This document shows positions 41,093 through 50,186 of a DNA stretch of 64,000 nt, piece after piece. Each line of letters opens with the position of its first letter. The stretch's first letter is position 1. Position numbers and translations under genes: made by a program. Source of the DNA: an uncultured Clostridia bacterium (lineage in GTDB: Bacteria; Bacillota; Clostridia; TANB77; CAG-508); NCBI GenBank assembly GCA_947630445.1, contig CANRHQ010000002.1, positions 4,233-68,232 of the forward strand. The letters are read 5' to 3'. Below the pieces are notes generated by a model. The model had not been told where the DNA came from. It was given only the letters and a program-made list of their open reading frames with translations, and did no database searches.

Positions 41093-43229
41093 CATTTTCA
41101 GTTTCTGTATTTTCTTCTTCTGATTTTGTATCAACTAAGTCTTTCATTGTTAAATTTATTCTACCTTGTTCATCAATTTCAATAACTTTAACAGGTACTT
41201 TATCTCCAACTTTTACAAAATCTTCTACATTTTTTACTCTTTCTTTTGAAATTTTAGATATGTGAACAAGTCCTTCTTTTCCTCCACCAATATCTACAAA
41301 TGCTCCAAAATTTGTTGTTCTTGTAACAGTTCCATAATAGATTCCACCTACTTCGAATTCTCTTACAATATCTTCTATCATATCTAATGCTTGTTCAGAT
41401 TTTTCTTGGTCAACTGAGTAAATAAATACTTGTCCATCATCTTCTATGTCTATTTTTACACCTGTTGCCTCAATTATTTTATTAATAGTTTCTCCACCTT
41501 TTCCGATTACATCTTTAATTTTGTCTACTTTTATTTGTGTTGTTACAATATGTGGTGCATATTGTGAAATTTCTTCTCTTGGTTCAGAGATTTGTGGTTT
41601 CATTATTTCATCTAAAATATATTGTCTTGCTTTTCTTGTTCTAGCAAAAGCCTCTTCTATAATTTTATATGATAATCCATCTACTTTAATATCTACTTGG
41701 ATTGCTGTTATTCCTTTTTCTGTTCCTCCTACTTTAAAATCCATATCTCCGAAAAAGTCTTCTAGTCCTTGTATATCTGTTAACATTACATAATCATCTG
41801 GATTTTCTGGATTTGTAACTAATCCTGTTGATATTCCTGCTACTGGTCTTTTTATTGGTACACCTGCATCCATTAATGCCAAAGTGCTTCCACATATACT
41901 TGCTTGAGATGTTGAACCATTTGATGATAATACTTCTGATACTACTCTTATTGCATATGGAAATTCTTCTTTTGATGGTATAACTGGTACTAATGCTTTT
42001 TCTGCTAATGCTCCATGACCTATTTCTCTTCTTCCTGGTCCTCTTGATGCTCTTGCTTCTCCAACACTATATGCAGGGAAGTTATATTGGTGCATATATC
42101 TTTTAGCTGTTTCTGTATCAATTCCATCTAATTCTTGTTCTTCACTTGTCATTCCAAGTGTTACTACTGACATAACTTGTGTTTGTCCTCTTGTAAATAA
42201 TGCACTTCCATGTGTTCTTGGTAATAATCCTACTTCACATGATAGTGGTCTTATTTCATCTATTGCTCTTCCATCAACTCTTTTATGCTCATAGAATATC
42301 ATATCTCTTACACATTTTTTCTCTAATTTATATATTGCTTCTCCTATTTCTTGAGCTCTTTCTGTTGCTGCTTCTTCTCCTAATTTTTCTGTAACTGCTG
42401 TTGTTATTTCTTCTGATAATACTGCAACATTATTGTCTCTTGTATCTTTGTCAACTTCTTGTACTGCTTGTTTCATTTTTTCTGTAAATTTCTCTGCTAT
42501 AAATTCATATAATTCATGATCTACTTCAAATGATTTATATTCAAATTTTGGTTTTCCTATTTCTTTTTGTATATCTGATATAAATTTACAGATTTTCTTT
42601 ATTTCTTCATGCCCTTTTTTTATTGCTTCTAACATTGTTTCATCTGATACTTCATTTGCTCCAGCTTCTATCATTGCAACTTTTTCTGCTGTTCCTGCTA
42701 CTGTTAATGTTAAATCACTTACTTTTCTTTGTTCTTCTGTTGGGTTTATTATTATTTCTCCATTTACTAATCCAACATTTACAGCTGCAGTTGGTCCTCC
42801 AAATGGTATATCTGATATTGATAATGCTGCTGATGCTCCAATCATTGCTGCAACTTCTGGTGAATTGTCTTGTTCTACACACAATACTGTAGCTACTACT
42901 ACTACATCATTTCTAAAATCTTTTGGGAATAATGGTCTTAGTGGTCTATCTATTGCCCTTGATACTAATATTGCTTTATCACTTGGTTTTCCTTCTCTTT
43001 TTTGGAATGAACCTGGTATTTTTCCTACAGCATATAATTTTTCTTCATAATCTACTGATAATGGAAAAAAGTCTATTCCTTCTTTTGGTTCTTTTGATGC
43101 TGTTACATTTACCATTACAACAGTATCTCCATATTTTACTAATACATTTCCATTAGCTAATCCTGCTAATTTTCCTGTTTCTATTACAAGCCTTCTGCCT
43201 GCTAATTCTGTTTCATAACTTTTAAACAT
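41082..43229 (-). CDS. pnp: Polyribonucleotide nucleotidyltransferase (PNPase)
   Basis: 715 aa; two RNase PH domains, KH and S1 (GGIYYGTVTRTTNFGAFVDIG) domains. Confidence 0.97.
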   Translation of the reverse strand: MFKSYETELAGRRLVIETGKLAGLANGNVLVKYGDTVVMVNVTASKEPKEGIDFFPLSVDYEEKLYAVGKIPGSFQKREGKPSDKAILVSRAIDRPLRPLFPKDFRNDVVVVATVLCVEQDNSPEVAAMIGASAALSISDIPFGGPTAAVNVGLVNGEIIINPTEEQRKVSDLTLTVAGTAEKVAMIEAGANEVSDETMLEAIKKGHEEIKKICKFISDIQKEIGKPKFEYKSFEVDHELYEFIAEKFTEKMKQAVQEVDKDTRDNNVAVLSEEITTAVTEKLGEEAATERAQEIGEAIYKLEKKCVRDMIFYEHKRVDGRAIDEIRPLSCEVGLLPRTHGSALFTRGQTQVMSVVTLGMTSEEQELDGIDTETAKRYMHQYNFPAYSVGEARASRGPGRREIGHGALAEKALVPVIPSKEEFPYAIRVVSEVLSSNGSTSQASICGSTLALMDAGVPIKRPVAGISTGLVTNPENPDDYVMLTDIQGLEDFFGDMDFKVGGTEKGITAIQVDIKVDGLSYKIIEEAFARTRKARQYILDEIMKPQISEPREEISQYAPHIVTTQIKVDKIKDVIGKGGETINKIIEATGVKIDIEDDGQVFIYSVDQEKSEQALDMIEDIVREFEVGGIYYGTVTRTTNFGAFVDIGGGKEGLVHISKISKERVKNVEDFVKVGDKVPVKVIEIDEQGRINLTMKDLVDTKSEEENTETENEKE

Positions 43230-43342
43230 AATATTTTCTCCTTCTACACCTTTTTTGTAAACCTAGATAGATTGTAACCTCTATAATATTTTAAATACTT
43301 AAAACATTATACAAGCTACTTTTCTATTCTGGTTTACTTAGT

Positions 43343-43375
43343 AAAAAGGAGCGTTAGCTTTGTTGCAAACGCCCC
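43343..43375 (-). terminator. Intrinsic terminator after rpsO
   Basis: Minus strand GGGGCGTT-12 nt-AACGCTCC (one G-U) followed by TTTTT. Confidence 0.6.
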
Positions 43376-43389
43376 TTACAACTTATCAA

Positions 43390-43653
43390 CTATTTTCTTA
43401 GTCCTAATTTTTCAACTAATGCTTTGTATGTTTCTTCATCTTTTTTTGCTAAGTAGTTTAATAAATTTCTTCTTTTTCCTACCATCTTAAGAAGTCCCCT
43501 TCTTGAATGGTTGTCTTTTTTATGAATTTTTAGATGCTCTGTTAGTTCATTAATTCTTTCTGTTAAAAGAGCTATTTGTACTTCTGATGAACCTGTGTCT
43601 TTTTCATCTCTTCTATACTGATTAATGATCTCTTGTTTTCTTTCTGTTGTCAT
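43390..43653 (-). CDS. rpsO: Ribosomal protein S15
   Basis: [34 protein letters not shown]... (87 aa). The ATG at 43653 has GGAGG 7 nt upstream; the track start is a GTG extension. Confidence 0.95.
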   Translation of the reverse strand: MTTERKQEIINQYRRDEKDTGSSEVQIALLTERINELTEHLKIHKKDNHSRRGLLKMVGKRRNLLNYLAKKDEETYKALVEKLGLRK

Positions 43654-43746
43654 AATTACACCTCCCACTTTTTTTCTCCTTATACCGAGCGTCCATAATA
43701 GGTGTCTTTTATCTGGCTAAGTTTAAGGAACAAATTTTACACAATT

Positions 43747-43775
43747 ATTGTACTACACTTTGTTGTAAAAATCAA
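43747..43775 (-). promoter_or_regulatory. Sigma-A promoter of rpsO, followed by a ~90-nt leader
   Basis: Minus strand reads TTGATT (43775-43770), 17 nt, TACAAT (43752-43747). Confidence 0.6.
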
Positions 43776-43801
43776 GTCTTTAAGTTAAATTTTTCATTAT
43801 G

Positions 43802-45241
43802 TTAAACTATATCTCTATTATTAAAGCTATCATACATTGTTACTAACATTAATATTGCACATACTCCAAGTACTGCAAGTGAAAACCATAATGAAGTATC
43901 TGTAGCAAATGATTCTCCCATAATTTGCATTGGATTTTCTATATTTGGGAATATTTTTTCTACTATATTCAAATTGTTAAATGGAACAAATCTTATCCAA
44001 TCTTTTTTTATATAATTATTTATTATTGTCATAACTATTCCATTTCCCATGTATGTTGCTATTCCGAAACTTACAGCTGCAGCTGTATTCCTTGTTATTG
44101 TTGAAAGCATTAATGCAAATAACACAAATAGTACTATTGGTATTAATTTTGCAAAATATGTTTCAATTGTATATAAAACATTTCCAATTTTTTCTACATT
44201 TCCATCTTTTACATATAAATATTCTATACCATTATTATTAAAGAATATATTTGCTGTTACTATTGTTAATATTGATATAATTAAAGTTATTACAACTAGA
44301 TAATATAGAATAGATAATATCTTGGCAGTTAATATTTTCCACCTTTTGTTTGGAGTTAATGCCCAAAATTTAATTGTACCAGTTGAAATTTCGTTAGATA
44401 TTGCTCCTCCTGCAAGCATGATTGCAAATATGGCTATTACTGCTATTGTAAACATTTGAGCTAATGTTTCAAAAAACATTCTATAATTTTCTTCTGCATA
44501 ATCGACTGGAGGAATATCATTTTGTAATCTATATACATTTATTTTTATAGTATCTTCTAATTCTTGTCTTCTTTCTGAAGATAATAGTTTCTGTTGTGCT
44601 GAATTATAATCAATTCCTGCTCTTAATGAACGCTTACATAGCTGAATTTGAGAAATTAAAGCATTTCTCCAGTATCCTTCATTTTTATTTTTTCCGATAT
44701 TATTTTGAGCTTTTAAATCTAATATAAAAATATTATCCTCATATTCTTCTTTTGTTATTTCTTCATTTTCAAGTTTTTGTTTTTCTTCTTGTTTCTTTAT
44801 ATCCATATATTTACTATAATCATCTTGCTCTATTATAGAAATTAAATTTGCTATTTGTGCCTCATCTTCTTTTAGAATTTTTAATTCAGATATTCTACTT
44901 AGTATTTCTCCTTTCCAGTAACTTTCATCATATCTACTAGCATCATATTTTAATTCTAATTCACACATTTCTATTTGAATTTTATTTATTTCCTTTTCTG
45001 ATTCTGATATTTGAGGATCTTCTAATGTTTCTTTTAAGTTTTTCATTTCCAATTCTGTAGATTCTTTAAAATTATCTGTTGTAAAAGTTGAATCATATCT
45101 GCTATTAATATATTCTACTACTTTTGCTAGTCCTAATGCCCCAAAAAGTGCTAATATTGCTATAATTATTACTAATTTAGTTGAAAACTTTTTCCATGTT
45201 TTCGTATTTTCATTCATAAACAATATAAATATTTTACTCAT
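43802..45241 (-). CDS. ABC-2 type transporter permease with a large charged/coiled extracytoplasmic insert
   Basis: One N-terminal TM, a ~230-aa Glu/Lys-rich region, then five hydrophobic segments with ISNEISTGTIKFWALTP (ABC-2 signature-like). The ATG at 45241 has GGAGG 5 nt upstream and overlaps the ATPase stop. Confidence 0.75.
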   Translation of the reverse strand: MSKIFILFMNENTKTWKKFSTKLVIIIAILALFGALGLAKVVEYINSRYDSTFTTDNFKESTELEMKNLKETLEDPQISESEKEINKIQIEMCELELKYDASRYDESYWKGEILSRISELKILKEDEAQIANLISIIEQDDYSKYMDIKKQEEKQKLENEEITKEEYEDNIFILDLKAQNNIGKNKNEGYWRNALISQIQLCKRSLRAGIDYNSAQQKLLSSERRQELEDTIKINVYRLQNDIPPVDYAEENYRMFFETLAQMFTIAVIAIFAIMLAGGAISNEISTGTIKFWALTPNKRWKILTAKILSILYYLVVITLIISILTIVTANIFFNNNGIEYLYVKDGNVEKIGNVLYTIETYFAKLIPIVLFVLFALMLSTITRNTAAAVSFGIATYMGNGIVMTIINNYIKKDWIRFVPFNNLNIVEKIFPNIENPMQIMGESFATDTSLWFSLAVLGVCAILMLVTMYDSFNNRDIV

Positions 45242-46148
45242 TTTTGCCTCCTTCTGTTGCATCAAAGAATATTTCTTCTATTGTATGTTCTTTTGGTATT
45301 ACTGATTTTATTTCAACATCATTTATTGCTAATTCTTTTACAACTACAGGTACTTTTTCTACTTCTATTGTTACCACAATATTTTTATTCTCTTCTATTT
45401 TTGATTCTATATTAAATTTTTCCTTTAATATTTTTATAGCTTTTTCTACATTTTTTACTGCTATTTCTAACTTTTCTATTGTACTTTCTGTTTTAGTAAT
45501 TTCCTCGATTTTTACTACATTTCCATTGTCAATTACTGCAACTTTATCACACATAAGTTGCATTTCTGTTAATATATGTGATGATACAAATACTGCAACT
45601 CCTTCTTTATGTGCAATCTCTTTTAATATATCTCTTAATTTTTTTATTCCAGCTGGATCTAAACCATTTGTTGGTTCATCTAAAATTAGAACTTTAGGTT
45701 TATGAAGAAGTGTTAATGCTAAGCCCAATCTTTGTTTCATTCCTAATGAATATTTTCCAACTTTTTCTTTTGCTCTATCTTTTAATTCTACTAAATCTAG
45801 CACTTCATTTATTCTTTGCATACCAACATTTCTTATTTTTGCATGTAATTTTAGATTATCTAAACCTGACATATATCTATACATGTCTGGATTCTCAACT
45901 ATTGCTCCTATACATTCCATTGCTTTTTCAAATTGTTTTTTGTTATCATACCCATTAACTTTTATTTCTCCTGAATCATTGTCTATTAATCTTAATATCA
46001 TCTTTATAGTTGTCGTTTTTCCTGATCCATTTGGTCCAAGAAATCCATAAATTTCTCCCTCTTTTACTTCAAGGCTTAAATTATTTATTACTTTCTTCTT
46101 TCCAAATGATTTACTAATATTTTTTAATTCTAATACTGTATTAGCCAT
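45234..46148 (-). CDS. ABC transporter ATP-binding protein
   Basis: GPNGSGKTT Walker A, YSLGMKQRL signature, LILDEPTNGLD Walker B. Confidence 0.92.
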   Translation of the reverse strand: MANTVLELKNISKSFGKKKVINNLSLEVKEGEIYGFLGPNGSGKTTTIKMILRLIDNDSGEIKVNGYDNKKQFEKAMECIGAIVENPDMYRYMSGLDNLKLHAKIRNVGMQRINEVLDLVELKDRAKEKVGKYSLGMKQRLGLALTLLHKPKVLILDEPTNGLDPAGIKKLRDILKEIAHKEGVAVFVSSHILTEMQLMCDKVAVIDNGNVVKIEEITKTESTIEKLEIAVKNVEKAIKILKEKFNIESKIEENKNIVVTIEVEKVPVVVKELAINDVEIKSVIPKEHTIEEIFFDATEGGKNE

Positions 46149-46160
46149 CTTTACCTCCTT

Positions 46161-46772
46161 CTAATACATAATTCCTGTATCTACATAATTATTTAAATTA
46201 TAACTACTATATTGCATGCTTGCATAGACAACTTTCCACTCATCATTAATTTTCTGTAGTGTTATTTCATCTCCTGTAGAATTAAACTCATTTTGATTTA
46301 CTTTTTCTTCTTGGTTAACATTTAAATATTTTGATTCAATTACTACTTTAGAATTAAATTTGACAGTTACTTCATTTCCATCAAATTCATAACTTGAAAT
46401 TTTAGTTATTTTTCTATTATACCCTGTTCTAATTTCTGTAGTAATATATCCATTTTTTAATTGTTCCTTTAAGTTTTCACTTTGTATTTTTATTGCATCT
46501 TCATTATTTATCATAATATCTCTTAATTTTGGTTCCATTTGTTTAGCATATTTTTCTAATTGAGCTTCACTTGTATTTTCTGTTAATGTTTGCATTTCTA
46601 CTGGTAATACCAAAAATTCATCTGTAAACTTAATAAATTCTTCACATTTTTCTTGAATATTGTCTTTCTCATCCGCTCTTTGCTTTTCAAGCCTTACTAA
46701 ATAAATTGTAAGTGCTATCAACACTATTAATGTTAATATTAATCCTTTATTTACCTTTTTTAAAATTTTCAT
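46161..46772 (-). CDS. Membrane-anchored hypothetical protein (first gene of the ABC cluster)
   Basis: 203 aa; N-terminal TM LILTLIVLIALTIYLV; no motif recognised. Confidence 0.65.
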   Translation of the reverse strand: MKILKKVNKGLILTLIVLIALTIYLVRLEKQRADEKDNIQEKCEEFIKFTDEFLVLPVEMQTLTENTSEAQLEKYAKQMEPKLRDIMINNEDAIKIQSENLKEQLKNGYITTEIRTGYNRKITKISSYEFDGNEVTVKFNSKVVIESKYLNVNQEEKVNQNEFNSTGDEITLQKINDEWKVVYASMQYSSYNLNNYVDTGIMY

Positions 46773-46810
46773 TTTTTGTTATCGAGATATACTCGATTTC
46801 CCCCTTTCTT

Positions 46811-47338
46811 TTATTCATTTAACAATGATAATATTTCTTCATCCTTTTTTAATTCTGGACCTAGAAATTCATAGCATTTTTTACTTACTTTCATTGCAGT
46901 TAAACCAATTTCTTTGTCTTCCCTTAATCTATTACTTGCATATTTTATTATTATTGGTTTATTTTTAACTGCTTCCATTACTACTTCTTTATCATCTCTC
47001 ATTTCTTGTGTAGAAAAATATAGTATTTGTCCTGATTTTTTTAAACCTGCTATTAATAATTCTTTATCTCCTAGTAAATCTTCTTTAGCATAACAATATG
47101 TCCATCCTACTTTAGAAACTGAATCATATACTACTTGTCTATCACCTTTTAATCTATCACTTGCAAATTCTAATGCTTCTGGATTATTATGTATCGCCTC
47201 TAACACAACTTCTTTATCATCTCTAAGTTCGTTTGATGCAAACTCTAGTAATGCTCCTTCTTTTTTTACACTTTCTATTACATATTGTTTATTATTGGCA
47301 TTTTGTTTCATTTGAGTTATTTCTATTCGTTCTGGCAT
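46811..47338 (-). CDS. DUF4116 repeat protein
   Basis: Repeats of the xLEFASxxLRxDKEVVLEAI pattern (LLEFASNELRDDKEVVLEAI, ALEFASDRLKGDRQVV, YFSTQEMRDDKEVVMEAV, KYASNRLREDKEIGLTAM). Confidence 0.75.
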   Translation of the reverse strand: MPERIEITQMKQNANNKQYVIESVKKEGALLEFASNELRDDKEVVLEAIHNNPEALEFASDRLKGDRQVVYDSVSKVGWTYCYAKEDLLGDKELLIAGLKKSGQILYFSTQEMRDDKEVVMEAVKNKPIIIKYASNRLREDKEIGLTAMKVSKKCYEFLGPELKKDEEILSLLNE

Positions 47339-47341
47339 TTT

Positions 47342-48376
47342 TTAATTCTCCTTATTTTTATATATAACTTGACCATTTTTTATTGTATATAATATTTTTA
47401 TATTTTTTATATCATCTAAAATAACTTCTAAAGGATTCTTATTTATTATAACAAAATCAGCATTTTTTCCTTCTTTAATAGTTCCTTTATAGTCTTCTTC
47501 AAAGTACTGATATGCTGCTTTTATAGTAAAAATCTTTATTACATCTAATATATTTTGTTTTTCATTTGTTTCTATTCCATTCTCTAATTGTCCTGTTAAT
47601 ATCATCCACATAATATTAAATATATTTTTATCAAATAATGGAGTTTTATAGAAATTTGATAACATGTCTATTTTTTCCATTCTATCTAATTGGTCTTTTT
47701 TTATGGTAGTTGTATTTAACATTATTGGTCTATAATTTTCAAATGCACCTATTCTCTCATAAGCTCTTATTAATTGTTCTAATGCAGCTTCTCCATCACA
47801 TTTTGCCATTAATTGCATTTCTTCATCCACTGCATTTTGAGCAAAATTTTCTACTTGATATGTTTTATATAGATCATCTATATATATTTTATATCCACCT
47901 ATTTTATAATTATTAATATATTTTCTAACTATTCTCCTGTTTCTTTCTATTATACTTCTTGATGTCTTCATATCCATATAACTTATTACATCTAAATTTA
48001 ACATTTCATTTTTTGCCATATCTTCTAGTATTTTATATTCTTTTTCTGTTGTAAAACTATCTTGCACTGTTGTAATACCATAACTTGCATATATTCCTTC
48101 TGCTTTTTTTATTGCTTTTATCATTTGTTCTTCTGTATCTATTGATGTATTTTCTAATGCTGTTGCAAGTTCTGTTAAATTACTATAAATATCTATAAAT
48201 GCTGGCATTAAGCATGAACCTTCTAAATTTATTTGTTCTACTTCTTCTTGTTGTATAGTTTCAAATATTTCTTTTTCAGTACCTGTTTTTATTATTTTTC
48301 CATCTTCTACTAATATCGCTTCTGCATCCTGAGTTTCTAATGTTATTATTTTACCATTATAATATACTTGCTTCAT
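47342..48376 (-). CDS. Amidohydrolase-superfamily-like protein with a degenerate metal site
   Basis: N-terminus ...AILVEDGKIIKTG... and C-terminus GTIKEGKNADFVIINKNPL...IKNGQVIY are typical of the family. However, the HxH position reads PAFIDIYSNL, and the protein is short (344 aa). Confidence 0.65.
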   Translation of the reverse strand: MKQVYYNGKIITLETQDAEAILVEDGKIIKTGTEKEIFETIQQEEVEQINLEGSCLMPAFIDIYSNLTELATALENTSIDTEEQMIKAIKKAEGIYASYGITTVQDSFTTEKEYKILEDMAKNEMLNLDVISYMDMKTSRSIIERNRRIVRKYINNYKIGGYKIYIDDLYKTYQVENFAQNAVDEEMQLMAKCDGEAALEQLIRAYERIGAFENYRPIMLNTTTIKKDQLDRMEKIDMLSNFYKTPLFDKNIFNIMWMILTGQLENGIETNEKQNILDVIKIFTIKAAYQYFEEDYKGTIKEGKNADFVIINKNPLEVILDDIKNIKILYTIKNGQVIYKNKEN

Positions 48377-48396
48377 AATACCTCCTAAAAATTCAA

Positions 48397-48421
48397 AATG
48401 ACCATAATTTATATGGTCATT
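48397..48421 (-). terminator. Intrinsic terminator after recN
   Basis: 10-bp perfect stem aatgaccata/tatggtcatt with a 5-nt loop; TTTTGAATTTTT follows on the minus strand. Confidence 0.55.
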
Positions 48422-48465
48422 ATATCACTATAATTTTTATTTTACTATAGTTTTTTTCTTAATAT

Positions 48466-50097
48466 TTATGAAGCCTTTTTACTTCTTAGTTCATTTGCAT
48501 ATTGTAATGTAACCTCATTTACTTCTCCAGAAGATATTCTTGCGATTTCACATATAACTTCTTGTTCATTTAATAATTTTATTTGAGTGTTTGTTCTATT
48601 ATTTTCTATTTTTTTGCTTATATAATAATTATAATCTGCTGTTGCTGCAATTGCTGGTAAATGTGATATACATAAAACTTGATGTTGTTTTGATATGTTA
48701 TTTAATTTTTCTGCTACTGCTTTGGCAGCTTTTCCACTAATTCCAGTGTCTATTTCATCAAATATTAATACTGGCATTTTATCTGCTTCTGCTAACACTT
48801 TTTTTATTGCTAACATTATTCTTGACATTTCTCCTCCTGATGCTATTTTAGCAAGTTCTTTTTCACTTTCTCCAACATTTGTCTTTATATATATTTCTAC
48901 TATATCTTTTCCATTATTATAAATTTCGTTTATTTTATATTCTACTTTTATATTTATTTTTGCATTAGGCATTTCTAACTCTACTAATTCTTTATTAATT
49001 TTTTTACTTAACTGTTCTCCATATTCTTTTCTAATTTGACTCATTTTTTCTGCTTTTTGATTTATTTCTTTTTCTAATTCTCTTAACTCATTTTTTAATT
49101 TATTATTGTTTTCATCTATATTTTCTATTTTGGTTATTTCTGATTTTACTTCTTCTGCATATTTTAAAATTTCCTCTATATTGTTTCCATATTTCCTTTT
49201 TAAATCATATATTGTATCTAGTCTTTTTTCTACTTCTTCTCTTTCTTGTTCATCAAATTCTATGTCTTCCATATATCCACTTATATCTCTTGATATTTCT
49301 TGTATATCATAATATGAGTTTTTTAATAATTTTGCCGTTTCTGCATATTTACAATCTATTTCTTCTATTCTTTCTAATGCTCTTATTGCTGTTCCTATTA
49401 CATCTACTGTGTTTTCTCCTATTGCATTTTCTGCTTCTGATAAATTCTTTGCTATTTTTTCTGCATTTAAAATTTTCTTTCTTTTTTCTTCTAATAGTTC
49501 TTCTTCATTTGTATTTAATTTTGCCTCATTTATTTCATTTAGTTGATATTTTAATAAATCTAATTTTCTTTGTTTTTCTTTTTCATCTCCATAGTTGTTT
49601 CGTAGTTCTCTTTTTATTTCATTGTATTTATCATATTTTTTTCTATATTCTTTTTTTATTTCTAAAATTTCATTTCCTATAAAATTGTCCAAATATTCTA
49701 TATGTGTTTTATTGTCTAGTAATTGCTGATTGTCATTTTGTCCATGAATTTCTATGTATTTATTCATAAATTCTTTTAGTTCTGTTACAGTTACTAATCT
49801 ACCATTTATTTTACACATATTTCTTCCATTGCTATATATTTCTCTTGCTACAATTATATTTCCATCTATTGCATTTTCATCATTTGGGTTATACATACAT
49901 ATTTCTATATATGAATGGTTTTCTCCTTTTCTTATCATTTCTTTTGAGAATCTTCCTCCACATATTATTCCCAATGAATCTATTATTAATGTTTTTCCAG
50001 CTCCTGTTTCTCCTGTTAGTACATTCATACCATTATTTAGATTTATTTCTATATCATCTATTATTCCTATGTTTTTTATATGTAAATTTGTTATCAT
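48466..50097 (-). CDS. recN: DNA repair protein RecN
   Basis: 543 aa; GETGAGKT Walker A, long coiled coil, SGGEMSR signature, LIFDEIDTGISG. Confidence 0.95.
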   Translation of the reverse strand: MITNLHIKNIGIIDDIEINLNNGMNVLTGETGAGKTLIIDSLGIICGGRFSKEMIRKGENHSYIEICMYNPNDENAIDGNIIVAREIYSNGRNMCKINGRLVTVTELKEFMNKYIEIHGQNDNQQLLDNKTHIEYLDNFIGNEILEIKKEYRKKYDKYNEIKRELRNNYGDEKEKQRKLDLLKYQLNEINEAKLNTNEEELLEEKRKKILNAEKIAKNLSEAENAIGENTVDVIGTAIRALERIEEIDCKYAETAKLLKNSYYDIQEISRDISGYMEDIEFDEQEREEVEKRLDTIYDLKRKYGNNIEEILKYAEEVKSEITKIENIDENNNKLKNELRELEKEINQKAEKMSQIRKEYGEQLSKKINKELVELEMPNAKINIKVEYKINEIYNNGKDIVEIYIKTNVGESEKELAKIASGGEMSRIMLAIKKVLAEADKMPVLIFDEIDTGISGKAAKAVAEKLNNISKQHQVLCISHLPAIAATADYNYYISKKIENNRTNTQIKLLNEQEVICEIARISSGEVNEVTLQYANELRSKKAS

Positions 50098-50132
50098 ATT
50101 TCCTCCTTACAAACAAAAAAATGTTCGTTTTT

Positions 50133-50161
50133 ATTATATTGACTTTTTATTTTTTTGTCAA
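50133..50161 (-). promoter_or_regulatory. Consensus sigma-A promoter of recN
   Basis: Minus strand reads TTGACA (50161-50156), 17 nt, TATAAT (50138-50133). Confidence 0.65.
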
Positions 50162-50186
50162 TACTTTTTCGAACATTTTTTTGATT

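Noticed and set aside
43802-46772. The ABC-2 transporter cluster as a bacteriocin or lantibiotic immunity system.
   Set aside because: The window contains no precursor peptide, modification enzyme or two-component regulator. The three-gene unit alone does not indicate a function.
27805-46797. A shared 12-mer GATATACTCGAT (27805-27816 in the ruvB promoter spacer; 46786-46797 in a 6-bp palindrome just upstream of the gene 46161..46772) as a common operator.
   Set aside because: This is a single 12-nt coincidence in AT-rich DNA. The contexts differ (promoter spacer versus 5' UTR hairpin), and I saw no third copy in the window. It is worth a genome-wide motif count but is not supportable here.
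50121-50176. Canonical LexA/Cheo SOS boxes in front of recN, and by extension uvrA at 53010-53096 and ruvB at 27768-27830.
   Set aside because: No GAAC-N4-GTTC arrangement is present. The CGAACAT half-sites are 42 bp apart. The uvrA and ruvB upstream regions contain no GAAC/GTTC pairs at the right spacing.
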